From Eledone cirrhosa (Eukaryota): 64,000 nucleotides of DNA. The translations under genes and the position numbers were made by a program. Location: contig OZ024750.1 of NCBI GenBank assembly GCA_964016885.1, positions 41,168,001-41,232,000 of the forward strand, given 5' to 3'. Below, one piece after another: positions 40,105-52,102 of this stretch. Position 1 is the stretch's first letter. Each line of letters starts with the position of its first letter. The notes beneath the pieces are model-generated. The model was not told the origin of the DNA. It made no database searches and worked only from the letters and a program-made list of their open reading frames with translations.

Positions 40105-40565
40105 TATATATTTAGTGGGTATATACGATTGAATATATAGTCAGTGGGTGTATATGACTGAATATATAGTCAGTGGGTGTATATGACTGAATATATAGTC
40201 AGTGGGTGTATATGACTGAATATATAGTCAGTGGGTGTATATGACTGAATATATATTTAGTAGGTGTATATGACTGAATATATAGTCAGTGGGTGTATAT
40301 GACTGAATATATAGTCAGTGGGTGTATATGACTGAATATATATTTAGTAGGTGTATATGACTGAATATATAGTCAGTGGGTGTATATGACTGAATATATA
40401 GTCAGTGGGTGTATATGACTGAATATATAGTCAGTGGGTGTATATGACTGAATATATAGTCAGTGGGTGTATATGACTGAATATATATTTAGTAAGTATA
40501 TATGACTGAATATATATTTAGTAAGTATATATGACTGAATATAGGGTCAGTGGGTGTATATGACT
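40105..40565. repeat. 29-bp minisatellite atatgactgaatatatagtcagtgggtgt
   Basis: About 16 units; earlier units at 39750-39960 are interrupted by the RTE and Helitron fragments. Each unit carries a short TGACT...AGTCA inverted repeat. Confidence 0.92.
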
Positions 40566-42203
40566 AAATACACGTTTCTCCTCAAAATGTTTTTTCCCAT
40601 TTCTTCCTCTCCTCGCTCTCTATCTTTCTATTTCATCTTTTATTTCTCATTGTATCTTCTGATGAAGGACTAAACGCTAAGACTCTTTTCCTACTATATC
40701 AAGCATTAAACTAATATATTTCTTTAACTAGAGGGACCTTCAGTTAGTGGGTCCTTCAACTATAGGGACCTTCAATTAGTGGGTCCTTCAATTAGTGGGT
40801 CCTTCAACTATAGGGTGCTTCAAACTACAATGTACACTCTTTATGATAGACAAATTTAAACCAATTCCCTGTAAATCATTATTGATGGATATATAAAGGT
40901 TCAAGCCCTTGTCATTGCAGTGTTGTACTCACCATCATGAGGTGGTGGGTTCCATTCCTAGACATTACATTATAGAGATAATACCAGTTTCTGATTTAGG
41001 CACAAGGCCAACAATTTTGGGAGGAGAGGAAAGCCTATTAAATTGACACCCCAGTGTATTACTGGTACTTAATTGTATCGACCCTGTAAAGATGAAAGGC
41101 AAAGCTAACCACAGCTGGATTTGAACTCAGAATGTAAAGGGCTATAACTATATGTGACAATATAGATATAATTGTTTCTACTTTTTGGCACAAGGCCAGC
41201 AATTATCCAGTACATTACTGGTACTTTATTTTATCGACCCCGTAAGGATGAAAGGCAAAGTTAACCTCGGCGGGATTTGCAATATAGATATAATAACCAC
41301 AGCCTATCATCACCATCACAGTTAAACCTTCAGCACGCTGTCGGCGACAAATTATGACAGGAGGGTAATCTCCCCTTAAAGTGTCAAGGGAAGAAATTCA
41401 TAAAAAAAAAAAATCTGCATCCTAAAGATTAATGTCATTAAATGGTTTCTCATCATTTTAGGCTAGACTAGTCACGTGATAAGGTCTTCTATGTTCCATG
41501 TTTGTAATGGTTTCTCATCATTTCAGGCTAGACCAGTCAGGTGATAAGGTCTTCTTAATATATTCTGTTTTGGCTTAGTTTCTACAGTTAGACTCATTTC
41601 CACACTGTTGGTGTTAGGAAGCGCATCCAGCTGTAAAGAAAAAAACACCCAGCCAAAATAGAGTTCCGTTTAAGCAAGGTATGGCGTGGCCAATTCTGGC
41701 CAGACTTGAATTATAATGTGGATGACCCATCTAACCCATGCAAGCAAAGACAAATAGACATTAAACAGTGATGATGATGATGAGCATTTTTACTGTGACT
41801 CCAACACTACCACCTTATAGAGTAGCCTAGATGCTTTTTGACATGGCACTAGCACAGCTACCAAGATATATCGTTTAACGTCCATCTTCCAAGCTAGCAT
41901 GGGTAGGACGGGCTTTCACTTTGTGAGGGATCAGGTCAGGGGACCATGATTCGCTCACTCAGAACTGATTTGGGCTTGGTTTCTACGGCTGGATGCCCTT
42001 CCTAACACCAACCACATTTACAGTGTGTGCTGGATGCTTTTTGCTGTGTCGCCTACACGACTACTTTACTGTGTGGACTGGTTGCTGTTTGTCGTGATAT
42101 ATGTATGAGGTTGACAGCTGAGAGACGAGCACTCAATACCAAAGTAGAGTTTTAATATTCATTTTATTAGGTGAGATTCCTTAGTAACAAGACTCACTGT
42201 TTA

Positions 42204-42239
<36 letters not shown>

Positions 42240-42871
42240 CTAGCAGTGGTACCCGGCGTTGCACGGGATAAGGTATTTTGGAACGCGGACCGCCAACAGA
42301 CCTAATAGTGGAAAAACTGCATGCCTGGACAATATGTCAAGAAAATAAACCGAATACTCTGATGGCTGGATAATCTTTAAGATTTTCCTCGATGATTTTC
42401 ACCTAATGCAGGCCCTAGGGGATCAAGAAAATGAATTTTTTTTATGTGCATAATATGCCTTGAAATTTCGGGAAAATCGGCTAGACGTAATGCCTCAAAA
42501 GAGCCCTAAAGAGCTGAAAAAATGAAGTTTTTCACCTAATGCGGACCCTAGGCCATAAAAAGTTGGATTTTCTTTGCTCACGGTATGAAGAAGAGACTGA
42601 CTAATACATAGTTACAATTTCAAGAAAATCCGTCTGACGTAACACCTCAAAATCCCCTAAAAAGCTGAAAAAACGCAGTTTTTCACCTAATGCAGCCCCT
42701 AGGGGATCAAAAAGTAGAATTTTTTATGTGCATAACACTCCCTGAAACATAAGTAATACACATGTAAAGTTTGAAAAAAATCGGTTGGGTACTTCTCGGG
42801 TGTTAGGGATTCAAACTCACAGACACACACACACACACACAGGCAGACATCCTCAGTTTTATATATATAGA
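42240..42871 (-). mobile_element. Non-autonomous Helitron (about 630 bp)
   Basis: Minus strand begins A|TCTATATATATAAAAC and ends cccgtgcaacgccggg (hairpin)-taccactg-CTAG|T; no TSD; internal sub-repeats ttttcacctaatgc...ccctagg occur three times. Confidence 0.82.
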
Positions 42872-43233
42872 TAATAATAGTAATAATAAATGTGAAGAGG
42901 GTTCGATAAGGATTATATATTTATATACTTGAAATATATATAAAACCCGTAGAGCAAATATATATTATACAGGATCTTTTGAAAATCCTGTAAAAGGGTG
43001 AAAGCAGCGATTCTTTGCATAAACTTTAATCTGTACTTATAATAAATATATATATCGACAGTCGATCGATTTTCGGTAAATCATTTGTCTTTCCAATTTC
43101 TAATACTATCTATCGGTCGCAACTCCAGGTAGAAGGAGCAATGTGCACTAAAGTGTCATTGCCTGGTCCTAGAATCTAACTGACAACCTCACAATTGTGA
43201 ATCCAATTCTCTAACCACTCAGCCACATGCCTT

Positions 43234-43326
<93 letters not shown>

Positions 43327-43342
43327 ATATATATATATATAA

Positions 43343-43684
43343 TGGAGGCACATGGCTTAGTGGTTAGAGCATTGGCCTTGCAATCGAAAGGTTGTGAGTT
43401 CAATTCTCAGACCGGGTGATGTGTTGTTTCCTTGAGCAAGACACTTTATTTCACATTGCTCTAGTTTACTCAGCTGTAGAAATGAGATGATAGGGACTTG
43501 GGTCCCTATTATTCCACTACAAAGTGGTCGTGGAGGTGCCACGGCAAAAAAGCACCCAGCACTCACTGTAAATGAGGTTGGTGTTAGGAAGGGCATCCAG
43601 CTGTAGAAATCAAGCCAGAATCAGTTCCCATCCTACCCTTGCAAGCAGGAAAAAGCGGACGTAAAATGAAATGATGATGATGAT
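43343..43684 (+). mobile_element. tRNA-derived SINE family B, full length
   Basis: tggcttagtggttaga A-box, gagttcaattctc B-box, ccttgagcaagacactt core, ggtgttaggaagggcatccagctgtag tail, (TGA)n end; near-identical to 55152-55490 and 59883-60220. Confidence 0.9.
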
Positions 43685-44003
43685 GTATGTAGGTAAATAT
43701 TTACGCACACAAAATATATATGAAGATCTAAATTGTGAGTGTAAAGAGTAATACAAGCGGGATGCTGCTACATCAGAAATGCTACAAATAGATTTCTTTC
43801 ACCAACTGTACCAACCACAGCAAGCTATCGCAGTCCTTCATCAGAGAACGTCAAAACATATCTTTCTTCAAATAACCTTTAGCACACTGAATATTTTATG
43901 AATTGCTTCCCTTGAAAGTGTATTATGTATTAAGGGGAGTTTACTCTATCGGCGACATAAGTCTCCTAGAGAAATAAACAAAAAGTTAAATGTAAATACT
44001 TAC

Positions 44004-44136
44004 AGCAAATATACTACGGACAAACCTTGTGTGGTAAGGTCTCAAGGTTCTATTATAAGCTTCTGTCATGGCTACAGTCAGGTCAGCTTGGCCGCTATGG
44101 ATTTCATATGTGAACTCTCGAATAAATTCTAACACT
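44004..44136 (-). CDS. PLEKHA8: PLEKHA8/FAPP2 exon (GLTP domain)
   Basis: ttgcag / gtaagt, 133 nt, phase 2 to 0; (R)VLEFIREFTYEIHSGQADLTVAMTEAYNRTLRPYHTRFVRSIFA. Confidence 0.92.
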
Positions 44137-44829
44137 CTGCAACAGAATTGGTAGTCATTTAACCCTTTAGCATTTAAACCGGCCAGAATTCTCTCACTTC
44201 TTTCTGTTCAAATTGCCTACTCATACTTATATTAAGGTATTGTTCTAAAAAAAAAAAATTAAAATCTTGTAGATTCGATATTATGTGAGATAAAGCCTTT
44301 ACCGCGAAAATATTGGTAAATATAGAGTAATGTAAATTCTAAAGGGTTAATTAAGCCTTTAGCATTTAAACCACCACCACCACCACTCACATGTCTGCAC
44401 TTCACAGTTTCAGTAATAAAAAAGAAAATCAAGCCCTGAATTGAGTGTGATTAGAGAAAAAAATATGATTGGGGTTTGAGTGTTAAACTTTTCTCTGGGC
44501 CAACAAGAGATGACACTCAAGTTATATACCAACGTTACCCTATTTTTTTGTCTTTTTCCATGCATAGCACGGGTTGGATGAAGTCCAGAGCTTATCCTGG
44601 TTTCGAGCACGTTAAGCAACAGAATGTACAATACTCTCCTGGATAGGGCACCAACCCATTATATGGTTAATCTCCAGCTGCCCCTGGTACTCATTTTCAG
44701 GTGAGTAAACTGGAGCAACATGAAATGAAATGCCTTGTTCGATGACACAATGCATTGTCTTATCTGGGAAGTGAACCCACAACCTTATAATCAAGAGCAC
44801 AACACTCTCACATGAGTGTAAACATAATT

Positions 44830-45673
44830 GTTTCCTTGAGCAAGACACTTTATTTCACATTGTTCCAGTTTACTCAGCTGAAGAAATGAGATGATAGGGA
44901 CTAGAGTCCCTATCATTCCACTGCAAAGTGGTCGTGGAGGTGCCACAGCAAAAAAAAGCACCCAGCACTCACTGTAAATGAGGTTGGTGTTAGGAAGGGT
45001 ATCCAGCTGTAGAAATCAAGCCAGAATCAGTTCCTGTCCCACCCTTGCAAGCAGGGAAAAACGGACGTAAAAATGATGATGGTTTCTGATTCAGGCATGA
45101 GGCCAACAATGGGGGGGGGGGGGGGGGGGGGGTGATTAAATTGATGCCATAAGGATGAAAGGTAAAGCTAGTCTTGGTGGGATTTGAACTCAAAACGTAA
45201 AGAGCAATAACTCTACGCTGCAAAGCATGTTTTCTGATGCTCTACCGATATTCCACCACCCTCTGATAGAAATTAACAATTCTAATTTAGACACAAAGCC
45301 AACAATTTTGGGAGAGGGAAAGATCGATTAAATCGACCCCAGTACATTACTGTAACTTTAGTTTATCGACCCCGTAAAGATGAAAGGCAAAGCTAGGCTT
45401 GGCAAGATTTGAACTCAGAACAAAAGACCATAATTCTATGCCACAAAGCCTGTTGTCCAATGCTCTACCGATTCTACAGCCACTTAATTGGTTCTACTTT
45501 TGGCACAAGGCCAGCAATTATCCCAGTACATTACTGGTACTTTATTTTATCGACCCCCGTAAGGATGAAAGGCAAAGTTAACCTCGGTGGGATTTGAACT
45601 CAGAATGGCAAGGGCCGTACCTCTATATGTCAAAGCATGCTATCCGACCCTCTACCGATACTGCCAATCCACC
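44830..45673. mobile_element. SINE cluster: partial family B (+) followed by three family A copies (-)
   Basis: Matches to the family motifs given above. Confidence 0.82.
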
Positions 45674-45752
45674 GTAAACATACAATAATGTCAACACATT
45701 GTATGCCAGTCAATAGTTGATATAGTTGAAACTATATAACTCAATAACATAC

Positions 45753-45880
45753 CTTTTTATCCATAATAGAGAAACTGTAACAGAATGTGATGAATGTTGT
45801 TCACTGGCTTCTAATTCCCATCCTATAATCTTCTGTAATGTCGTAAAGTCTGAATTGGTGGATTGCTTCAACTCTATTTT
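45753..45880 (-). CDS. PLEKHA8: PLEKHA8/FAPP2 exon (GLTP domain)
   Basis: ttccag / gtatgt, 128 nt, phase 0 to 2; KIELKQSTNSDFTTLQKIIGWELEASEQHSSHSVTVSLLWIK(R), containing FTTLQKI and LLWxKR motifs. Confidence 0.93.
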
Positions 45881-46069
45881 CTGGAAAATATAGAAATAAT
45901 ATATAAATAAAACACTAGAAGTAGACCAAGACAGACATGGGCAGAGGTGATGAGAGCTGACCTCAAATAACTGAGTCTACAGAGGAGATAACAAGGAACA
46001 TGATGAAGAAGTTAATTGCCAGATTGGAGGAAAGAAACAATGTTTCTACTGGTCTTTCCATTGCTGATA

Positions 46070-46581
46070 CTATCTGCCATTTCACAACGCCATCTGCTTG
46101 TCCTACAGTGCCATTAGCCATTTCACAACACCATCTGCCATTTCACAACACCATCTGCCATTTCACAACACCATCTGCCATTTCACAACACCATCTGCCA
46201 TTTCACAACACCATCTGCCATTTCACAACACTATCTGCCATTTCACAACACTATCTGCCATTTCACAACACCATCTGCCATTTCACAACACTATCTACCA
46301 TTTCACAACACCATCTACCATTTCACAACACCATCTACCATTTCACAACACTATCTGCCATTTCACAACACTATCTGCCATTTCACAACACTATCTACCA
46401 TTTCACAACACTATCTGCCATTTCACAACACTATCTGCCATTTCACAACACTATCTGCCATTTCACAACACCATCTACCATTTCACAACACTATCTACCA
46501 TTTCACAACACTATCTACCATTTCACAACACTATCTACCATTTCACAACACTATCTGCCATTTCACAACACTATCTGCCAT
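46070..46581. repeat. 20-bp minisatellite ccatttcacaacac(c/t)atct(g/a)
   Basis: About 24 tandem units. Confidence 0.95.
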
Positions 46582-46756
46582 TGAAAAGTTGATAAACTCA
46601 AATTTTAATATTTAAAAATAATTAATTTAAGGATTTATAGAATTACTAAAAGTTAACTATTTTATAAGCAACTTCTAATTTGTATTCCTCGTTCGCCATT
46701 CCTCGTCTTCTAGCAACCCCCTATTGCCACAAGGGAGCATGGTAGCACTCACTTCT

Positions 46757-47172
46757 GGGAATCAAGCTTTTAAGATGCTGAGAGCTTTGCAGCCTCCGTC
46801 TCGGACATGCAGTCCATTCTCCACCAGATACAGGTGACCCCCAAAGAGGATGTCCTCATCCTCGGGTTACCAATCCAGCCGCCGGCCATCCGCTCCACCA
46901 TCAGGTCCAGGCTTCAACAGCTCCAGACTGTCATGAACTGACTGGGCTTGATTGACGGCCACCCAGCCCTCTTTCTGTTTAGGAACTGCTTCGCCATGCC
47001 GAAGCTCTTCTATACCCTTCGCAGCGCTCCGTGCTACACTCACACATCTCTCCTCGCTGACCGCGATACTTGTATCCGAGAAACAGCCGAGGAGATATGC
47101 AATGTCAAGTTTGACGATATTAGATGGCAACAGGCCACTTTAGCTGTCAGGTATGGCGGCCTTGGCCTGTTT
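46757..47172 (+). mobile_element. Degenerate non-LTR retrotransposon fragment, CRE-like post-RT region
   Basis: GC-rich island; ILGLPI...HPALFLFRNCFAMPKLFYTLRSAPC...ICNVKFDDIRWQQATLAVRYGGLGL with an in-frame TGA upstream. The clade is assigned from recalled motif pattern. Confidence 0.7.
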
Positions 47173-47590
47173 TAGTGGAGAATTGTCAGAGTCATTAGAA
47201 TGTTTGATAGAGTGTTTTATGGTATTTGTTCTGGCTTTCTGCTCTCTGAGTTCAAATCTCGCTGAAGTCAACTTTGCCTGTCATCCTTTCAAGATCAATG
47301 AAAAAAAAGTACCAGTCTAGTACTGGGGTCGAATCTTCCTCTATATCTCTTTCTCATTTCCTCTCTCTCTGGAAAAAAATCTGCTGTGCTCAGGCCTGGA
47401 GAGGGATGGACTCCGGCAGGCTTTAAATGCCCAAGAAACAACGCCATATGTGAATACAGCGCTCCTACAACTATCAGGAGTTACGGGACCACACATACAT
47501 ACATATATACATGCATGCAATGTTATGGTGGAGAAAGCACATCTGCAAAGATTATATATTAGTAAAATATGAATAAGAAAAGAGAACTAC

Positions 47591-47649
47591 CTGAATGTTA
47601 CTGGAAAAATCCATTTTCACTGTTGCAAATGCTGTACTGTTCAATTTAT
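47591..47649 (-). CDS. PLEKHA8: PLEKHA8/FAPP2 exon (GLTP domain)
   Basis: ttccag / gtagtt, 59 nt, phase 1 to 0; (D)KLNSTAFATVKMDFSSNIQ, cf. FAPP2 DKLGPTVFAPVKMDLVGNIK. Confidence 0.93.
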
Positions 47650-48444
47650 CTGGAAAATATATTAAATTTTAATTTCCTAATGCCAGCCATAATTTACAAA
47701 GTGTTCAACATAAGAGAGAATAAAAAACAAACTTGATTTAAGTTGAAAAGAAAGGACTAATTAGTCAGTTTGTGAAAAAGTCTATCTATAGCACAATATA
47801 GTTGTTTATTCTTAAAAAATATCAATGTTCCATATCATACATATACTTTTGTTACCATATTTCTAATAAAATACACTGCTTGTGATTTCCAAATTATTTT
47901 TAAAATAATCAAGAATTTGGAGAGATTTAGTACTATAACTTATAAATCCTTTTGTTACTAAATTTCTAATAAAATCCAGTGCTTGTAATTCCAAAATTAT
48001 TTAGAAAATAATCAAGGATTTGGGAAGTAATTGCTGGCCTTGTGCCTAAAGTAGAAACAATTATTAAGCTAGTGTTTGAAACATAATTTAACAAAGTTCT
48101 TACATAAAATTATGATGGAAAGTTTTTAGATGAATATAAATAGTTTAACACTTTAGCATTTACATTACTCTATATATACTATTGTATTTTCACAGTAAGT
48201 TACATAATTATCTCACATAATATCAAATCTACGAGATTTTGATATTATTTATTTTGAGAACAACACTTTAATGTAGGTATGAGCGGCCAGTTACAGCCAG
48301 TTTGAACTGAAAGGTGAGATTTCTGGCCAAATTTGGCTGGTTTAAATGCTAAAAGGTTAATGAGAGGTTTTATATGCAAAAGAAGCAGTTTCTGGCAGGT
48401 TGTTTAAATGATTTGGTTCTCAATTAAATACCTTATCAACTTAC

Positions 48445-49182
48445 TTCATATACACAAATATAAACCGAGGAATATGTGACCCAAAAATAAATGGTAGAGA
48501 CGGGGGGCAGCTTATATTTGGGGGTCAATATTTTGACGATTTTCACCAACTTCAAATTCTACGTAAATAAGATTTGGATTTTTGCTCATTTCTAAGACAG
48601 AAAATATTGGGGTCGGTTTATATTCAAGTATAGACATAAAATAGTGGGTCAGTTTATATTCAAGTATAGACATAAAATAGTGGGTCAGTTTATATTCAAG
48701 TATAGACATAAAATAGTGGGTCAGTTTATATTCAAGTATAGACATAAAATAGTGGGTCAGTTTATATTCAAGTATAGACATAAAATAGTGGGTCAGTTTA
48801 TATTCAAGTATAGACATAAAATAGTGGGTCAGTTTATATTCAAGTATAGACATAAAATAGTGGGTTAGCTTATATTCAAGTATAGACATAAAATAGTGGG
48901 TCAGTTTATATTCAAGTATAGACATAAAATAGTGGGTCAGTTTATATTCAAGTATAGACATAAAATAGTGGGTTAGCTTATATTCAAGTATAGACATAAA
49001 ATAGTGGGTTAGCTTATATTCAAGTATAGACAGAAAATATTGGGGTCGGTTTATATTCAAGTATAGACATAAAATATTGGGGTCGGTTTATATTCAAGTA
49101 TAGACATAAAATAGTGGGTTGACTTATATTCAAGTATATACACAAAATAGTGGGGTTGGCTTATATTCAAGTATATACAGTA
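48445..49182. mobile_element. pogo/Tc2-type MITE with an expanded 39-bp subterminal minisatellite (about 48590-49180)
   Basis: Right end ggcttatattcaagtatatacag-TA; degenerate left end catatacacaaatataaaccgag; about 15 units of gggtcagtttatattcaagtatagacataaaatagt-type sequence. Confidence 0.65.
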
Positions 49183-49206
49183 TATACAAAAATAAGTGTG
49201 ACTCAC

Positions 49207-49292
49207 CAAAAATAGGTAAAATTGATTTACAAGAATTTAGGAATGGTTCTACAGGGACTTCACCAGCGCTATCAAGCAGACATGTCGCAAAG
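49207..49292 (-). CDS. PLEKHA8: PLEKHA8/FAPP2 exon (start of GLTP domain)
   Basis: ttaaag / gtgagt, 86 nt, phase 2 to 1; (S)FATCLLDSAGEVPVEPFLNSCKSILPIF. Confidence 0.9.
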
Positions 49293-49379
49293 CTTTAAAC
49301 AGAAAAAAAAAAGTGAAAAGTGAATCCCTCACTTATCCTTATGAAATTCTCTAAGGATAAATTCAAATCTAATCTATCT

Positions 49380-49522
49380 CCCTGTCACATCCTCTAATAC
49401 ACCTTTCCTGTCACACACCCTGATACACCTTTCCTGTCACACTCATTGATACACCTTTCCTGTCACACCCCTTGATGCACCTTTCCTGTCACACCCTTTC
49501 ATACACCTTTCCTGTCACACCC
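49380..49522. repeat. About 26-bp minisatellite acacctttcctgtcacacccttgat
   Basis: About 5 units. Confidence 0.85.
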
Positions 49523-50059
49523 ATGCTCTGCCACAACAGATGGGCTAGGGGCTTGCATCTCACAATCTCACACTCTACCGAGTACATTTTATCATGACAC
49601 TATCTCTAGGAAGATTGTTATGTCTTTGACACAATTGAACACTCCTCTTGGCCCTTTATTTGGCAGGTTTTCTAAAGCTGGATGTTCTTCCAACCACTTT
49701 ACAGAATGTATTCGGTGTGTTTATCATGTAGATCACTAGGGAGGTTGTCATATCTTTGACACAATTAAAGGGTCCTCCAAACTAGGTCTGGCTCCATTTT
49801 TAACAAGTGCCCTAGAAACAGGGTGCCCCTACGACTCCCTCAGGTGTTACAAGTCCATGCCACACCACACCACACCACACCATGTCACACATATTTGTAA
49901 CATGGTTGGTTTTAGGAAGAGAAAACCAAGCTGGAAACAGTTCTGTATGAGCAAGACACAGTCACCTGAACTGATTTGTCTCACAACTCCTGCTAGCGTG
50001 GAAGAAAGAAAAGACATTAAATGATGCTGATGATGATGATGATAATTAAATGTCCAAAC

Positions 50060-50338
50060 CTATGTGTCATATAAGAAAAAAATGTATCTGTGGAATTCAT
50101 TATGATTATATTTTCTTCTGATATGTGAGGTGGCGTCATATCTGGTGGCATGGTAGGCATTTTTCTCGAATCAGAACTATGGGAACGGCTACTGTTGTCT
50201 TCACAGCCTGATATTTGACAATCTGAAGAATCTGAAGTTAAACTATCCATTCTGTTTGGAGATTTCTTCTGTAAATATTGATCATTATTTGAGTATTTCA
50301 TTGATTTATGGTCTGGGATACCGTTTCTCAGAATTGGT
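50060..50338 (-). CDS. PLEKHA8: PLEKHA8/FAPP2 exon (Ser-rich linker)
   Basis: tttcag / gtttgg, 279 nt, phase 2 to 2; (R)PILRNGIPDHKSMKY...NSTDTFFSYMTH(S); the TFFS.M motif precedes the GLTP domain in FAPP2. Confidence 0.88.
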
Positions 50339-51054
50339 CTGAAAATGAAATGAAAATAAAATGTAATATTTTCCTTTGCTTATGTCGTTAAATTAAACAA
50401 AAAAAACTATCTTTGGTATTTCAACATGAAATAAAGAGTCTTGTTCAAGGACACAATGCATCACCTGGTCCAGGAACTTAACTCACAACCTCGTGATTGT
50501 GAATCCAACTCTCTAACCACTAATCCATGTACCTTCACATATCTACACATATAGTAGCTTAGTGGTTAGAGCATTGAGCTCACAATCGTAAGGTTGTGTG
50601 TCCAAATCCTGGACTGGATTTACTCAGCTGTAAAAATGAGTTGCGACGTCACTGGTGCTAAGTTGTATTGGCCATTGCCTTTCCTTTGGACAACATCATA
50701 TATAGTACATATATGTAGTGTATCTATAATGTATATACAGTGTATATATAGTGTACTTACAGTGTATATACATATATAGTATATACATGGTATAAACAAA
50801 GTATATATATTTTGTGACATCACTGGTGCCAAGCTGTATCAGCCATTACCTTTCCCTTGGACAACATCAGTGGCATGGAAAGGATAGACTGGTATACATG
50901 GGTAACTACTGATCTTCCACAAATACCTTGCCCATGCTTGTGCCTCGGAGGGGAATCCCATAGCAATTCATGACCAAAAGGGGCCTCCAAGATTATCCAA
51001 TCAAATCGTCTCAATCAGAAAGTAATACAAGTAATATAATCATATTGCTGTATT

Positions 51055-51450
51055 TTTTTTAAATAATTTTTTCTACTTTAGGCACAAGGCCAGCAATTAC
51101 CCAGTGCATTACTGGTACTTTATTTTATCGACCCTGTAAGGATGAAAGGCAAAGTTAACCTCGGCGGGATTTGAACTCAGAATGTAAAGGGACGTAACTA
51201 TGCTAGAAAGCATGGCGTCCGACCCTCTACCTATACTGCCAATTCACCATATTTTTTTTAAATAATTGTTTCTACTTTAGGCACAAGGCCAGCAATTACC
51301 CAGTGCATTACAGGTACTTTATTTTATCGACCCCGTAAGGATGAAAGGCAAAGTTAACCTCGGCGGGATTTGATCTCAGAATGTAAAGGGACCTAACTAT
51401 GCTAGAAAGCATGGCGTCCGACCCTCTACCGATACTGCCAATTCACCGTA
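51055..51450 (-). mobile_element. Tandem dimer of SINE family A
   Basis: Two near-identical units of about 197 bp including the tttttttaaataat flank. Confidence 0.88.
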
Positions 51451-51548
51451 TTTCTTTTAGAATTAGGTTACAAAATAAAGTTTATCCTCCTTGGAAGATG
51501 TTAGCTGAAATTTGAATTACTAGGTAATTTTAAAGAAATATATTTTAC

Positions 51549-51589
51549 CTGTCTAACGATATCGATTTCCGAATGTTATTCTTGGATGC
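51549..51589 (-). CDS. PLEKHA8: PLEKHA8/FAPP2 short linker exon
   Basis: tttcag / gtaaaa, 41 nt, phase 0 to 2; ASKNNIRKSISLD(R); supplies the phase change needed between the flanking exons. Confidence 0.8.
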
Positions 51590-51919
51590 CTGAAATCAAA
51601 TTAAATAATCTATATATTACATAAGAGCAACTTTCTAAAATAGCAAAATTAAGATCTTTAGTAGACTCCAAAATATGAAATCTTATTGAGCTTTTGTTCA
51701 GAATAATCAGTGAAATGATTTAGAGAAATTTGTTTTTAAACTCGATTCATCATCACCGTTTTATGTCTATTCTTCCATGCTAGCATGGGTTAGGTGGGTT
51801 CTCTTGTTGTGGGCAGTGCCAGGTCGGGTGACTCTGTCTTTCTCATACGGGAACTGATTATATTAACATTTATTAATACTAATACTATCATATTGATCTC
51901 CAACACTAGCAAGGAGATG

Positions 51920-52102
51920 AGAACCTCCCTAGTGTTGGTAATCCAACCTCCCTAGTGTTGGTGATCTAACCTCCCTAGTGTTGGTGATCTAACCTCCCTA
52001 GTGTTGGTGATCTAACCTCCCTAGTGTTGGTGATCCAATCTCCCTAGTGTTGGTGATCTAACCTCCCTAGTGTTGGTGATCTAACCTCCCTAGTGTTGGT
52101 GA
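51920..52102. repeat. 23-bp minisatellite aacctccctagtgttggtgatct
   Basis: About 8 units. Confidence 0.92.

Noticed and set aside
43343-43420. tRNA gene
   Set aside because: A and B boxes are present, but there is no clear acceptor stem and the sequence continues into a SINE body; the same holds for the family A heads.
43357-43596. Recurrent 79-aa ORF MPFLTPTSFTVSAGC... (also 55237-55476 and 59897-60136)
   Set aside because: Antisense translation of SINE family B; the conservation reflects young transposon copies, not a gene family.
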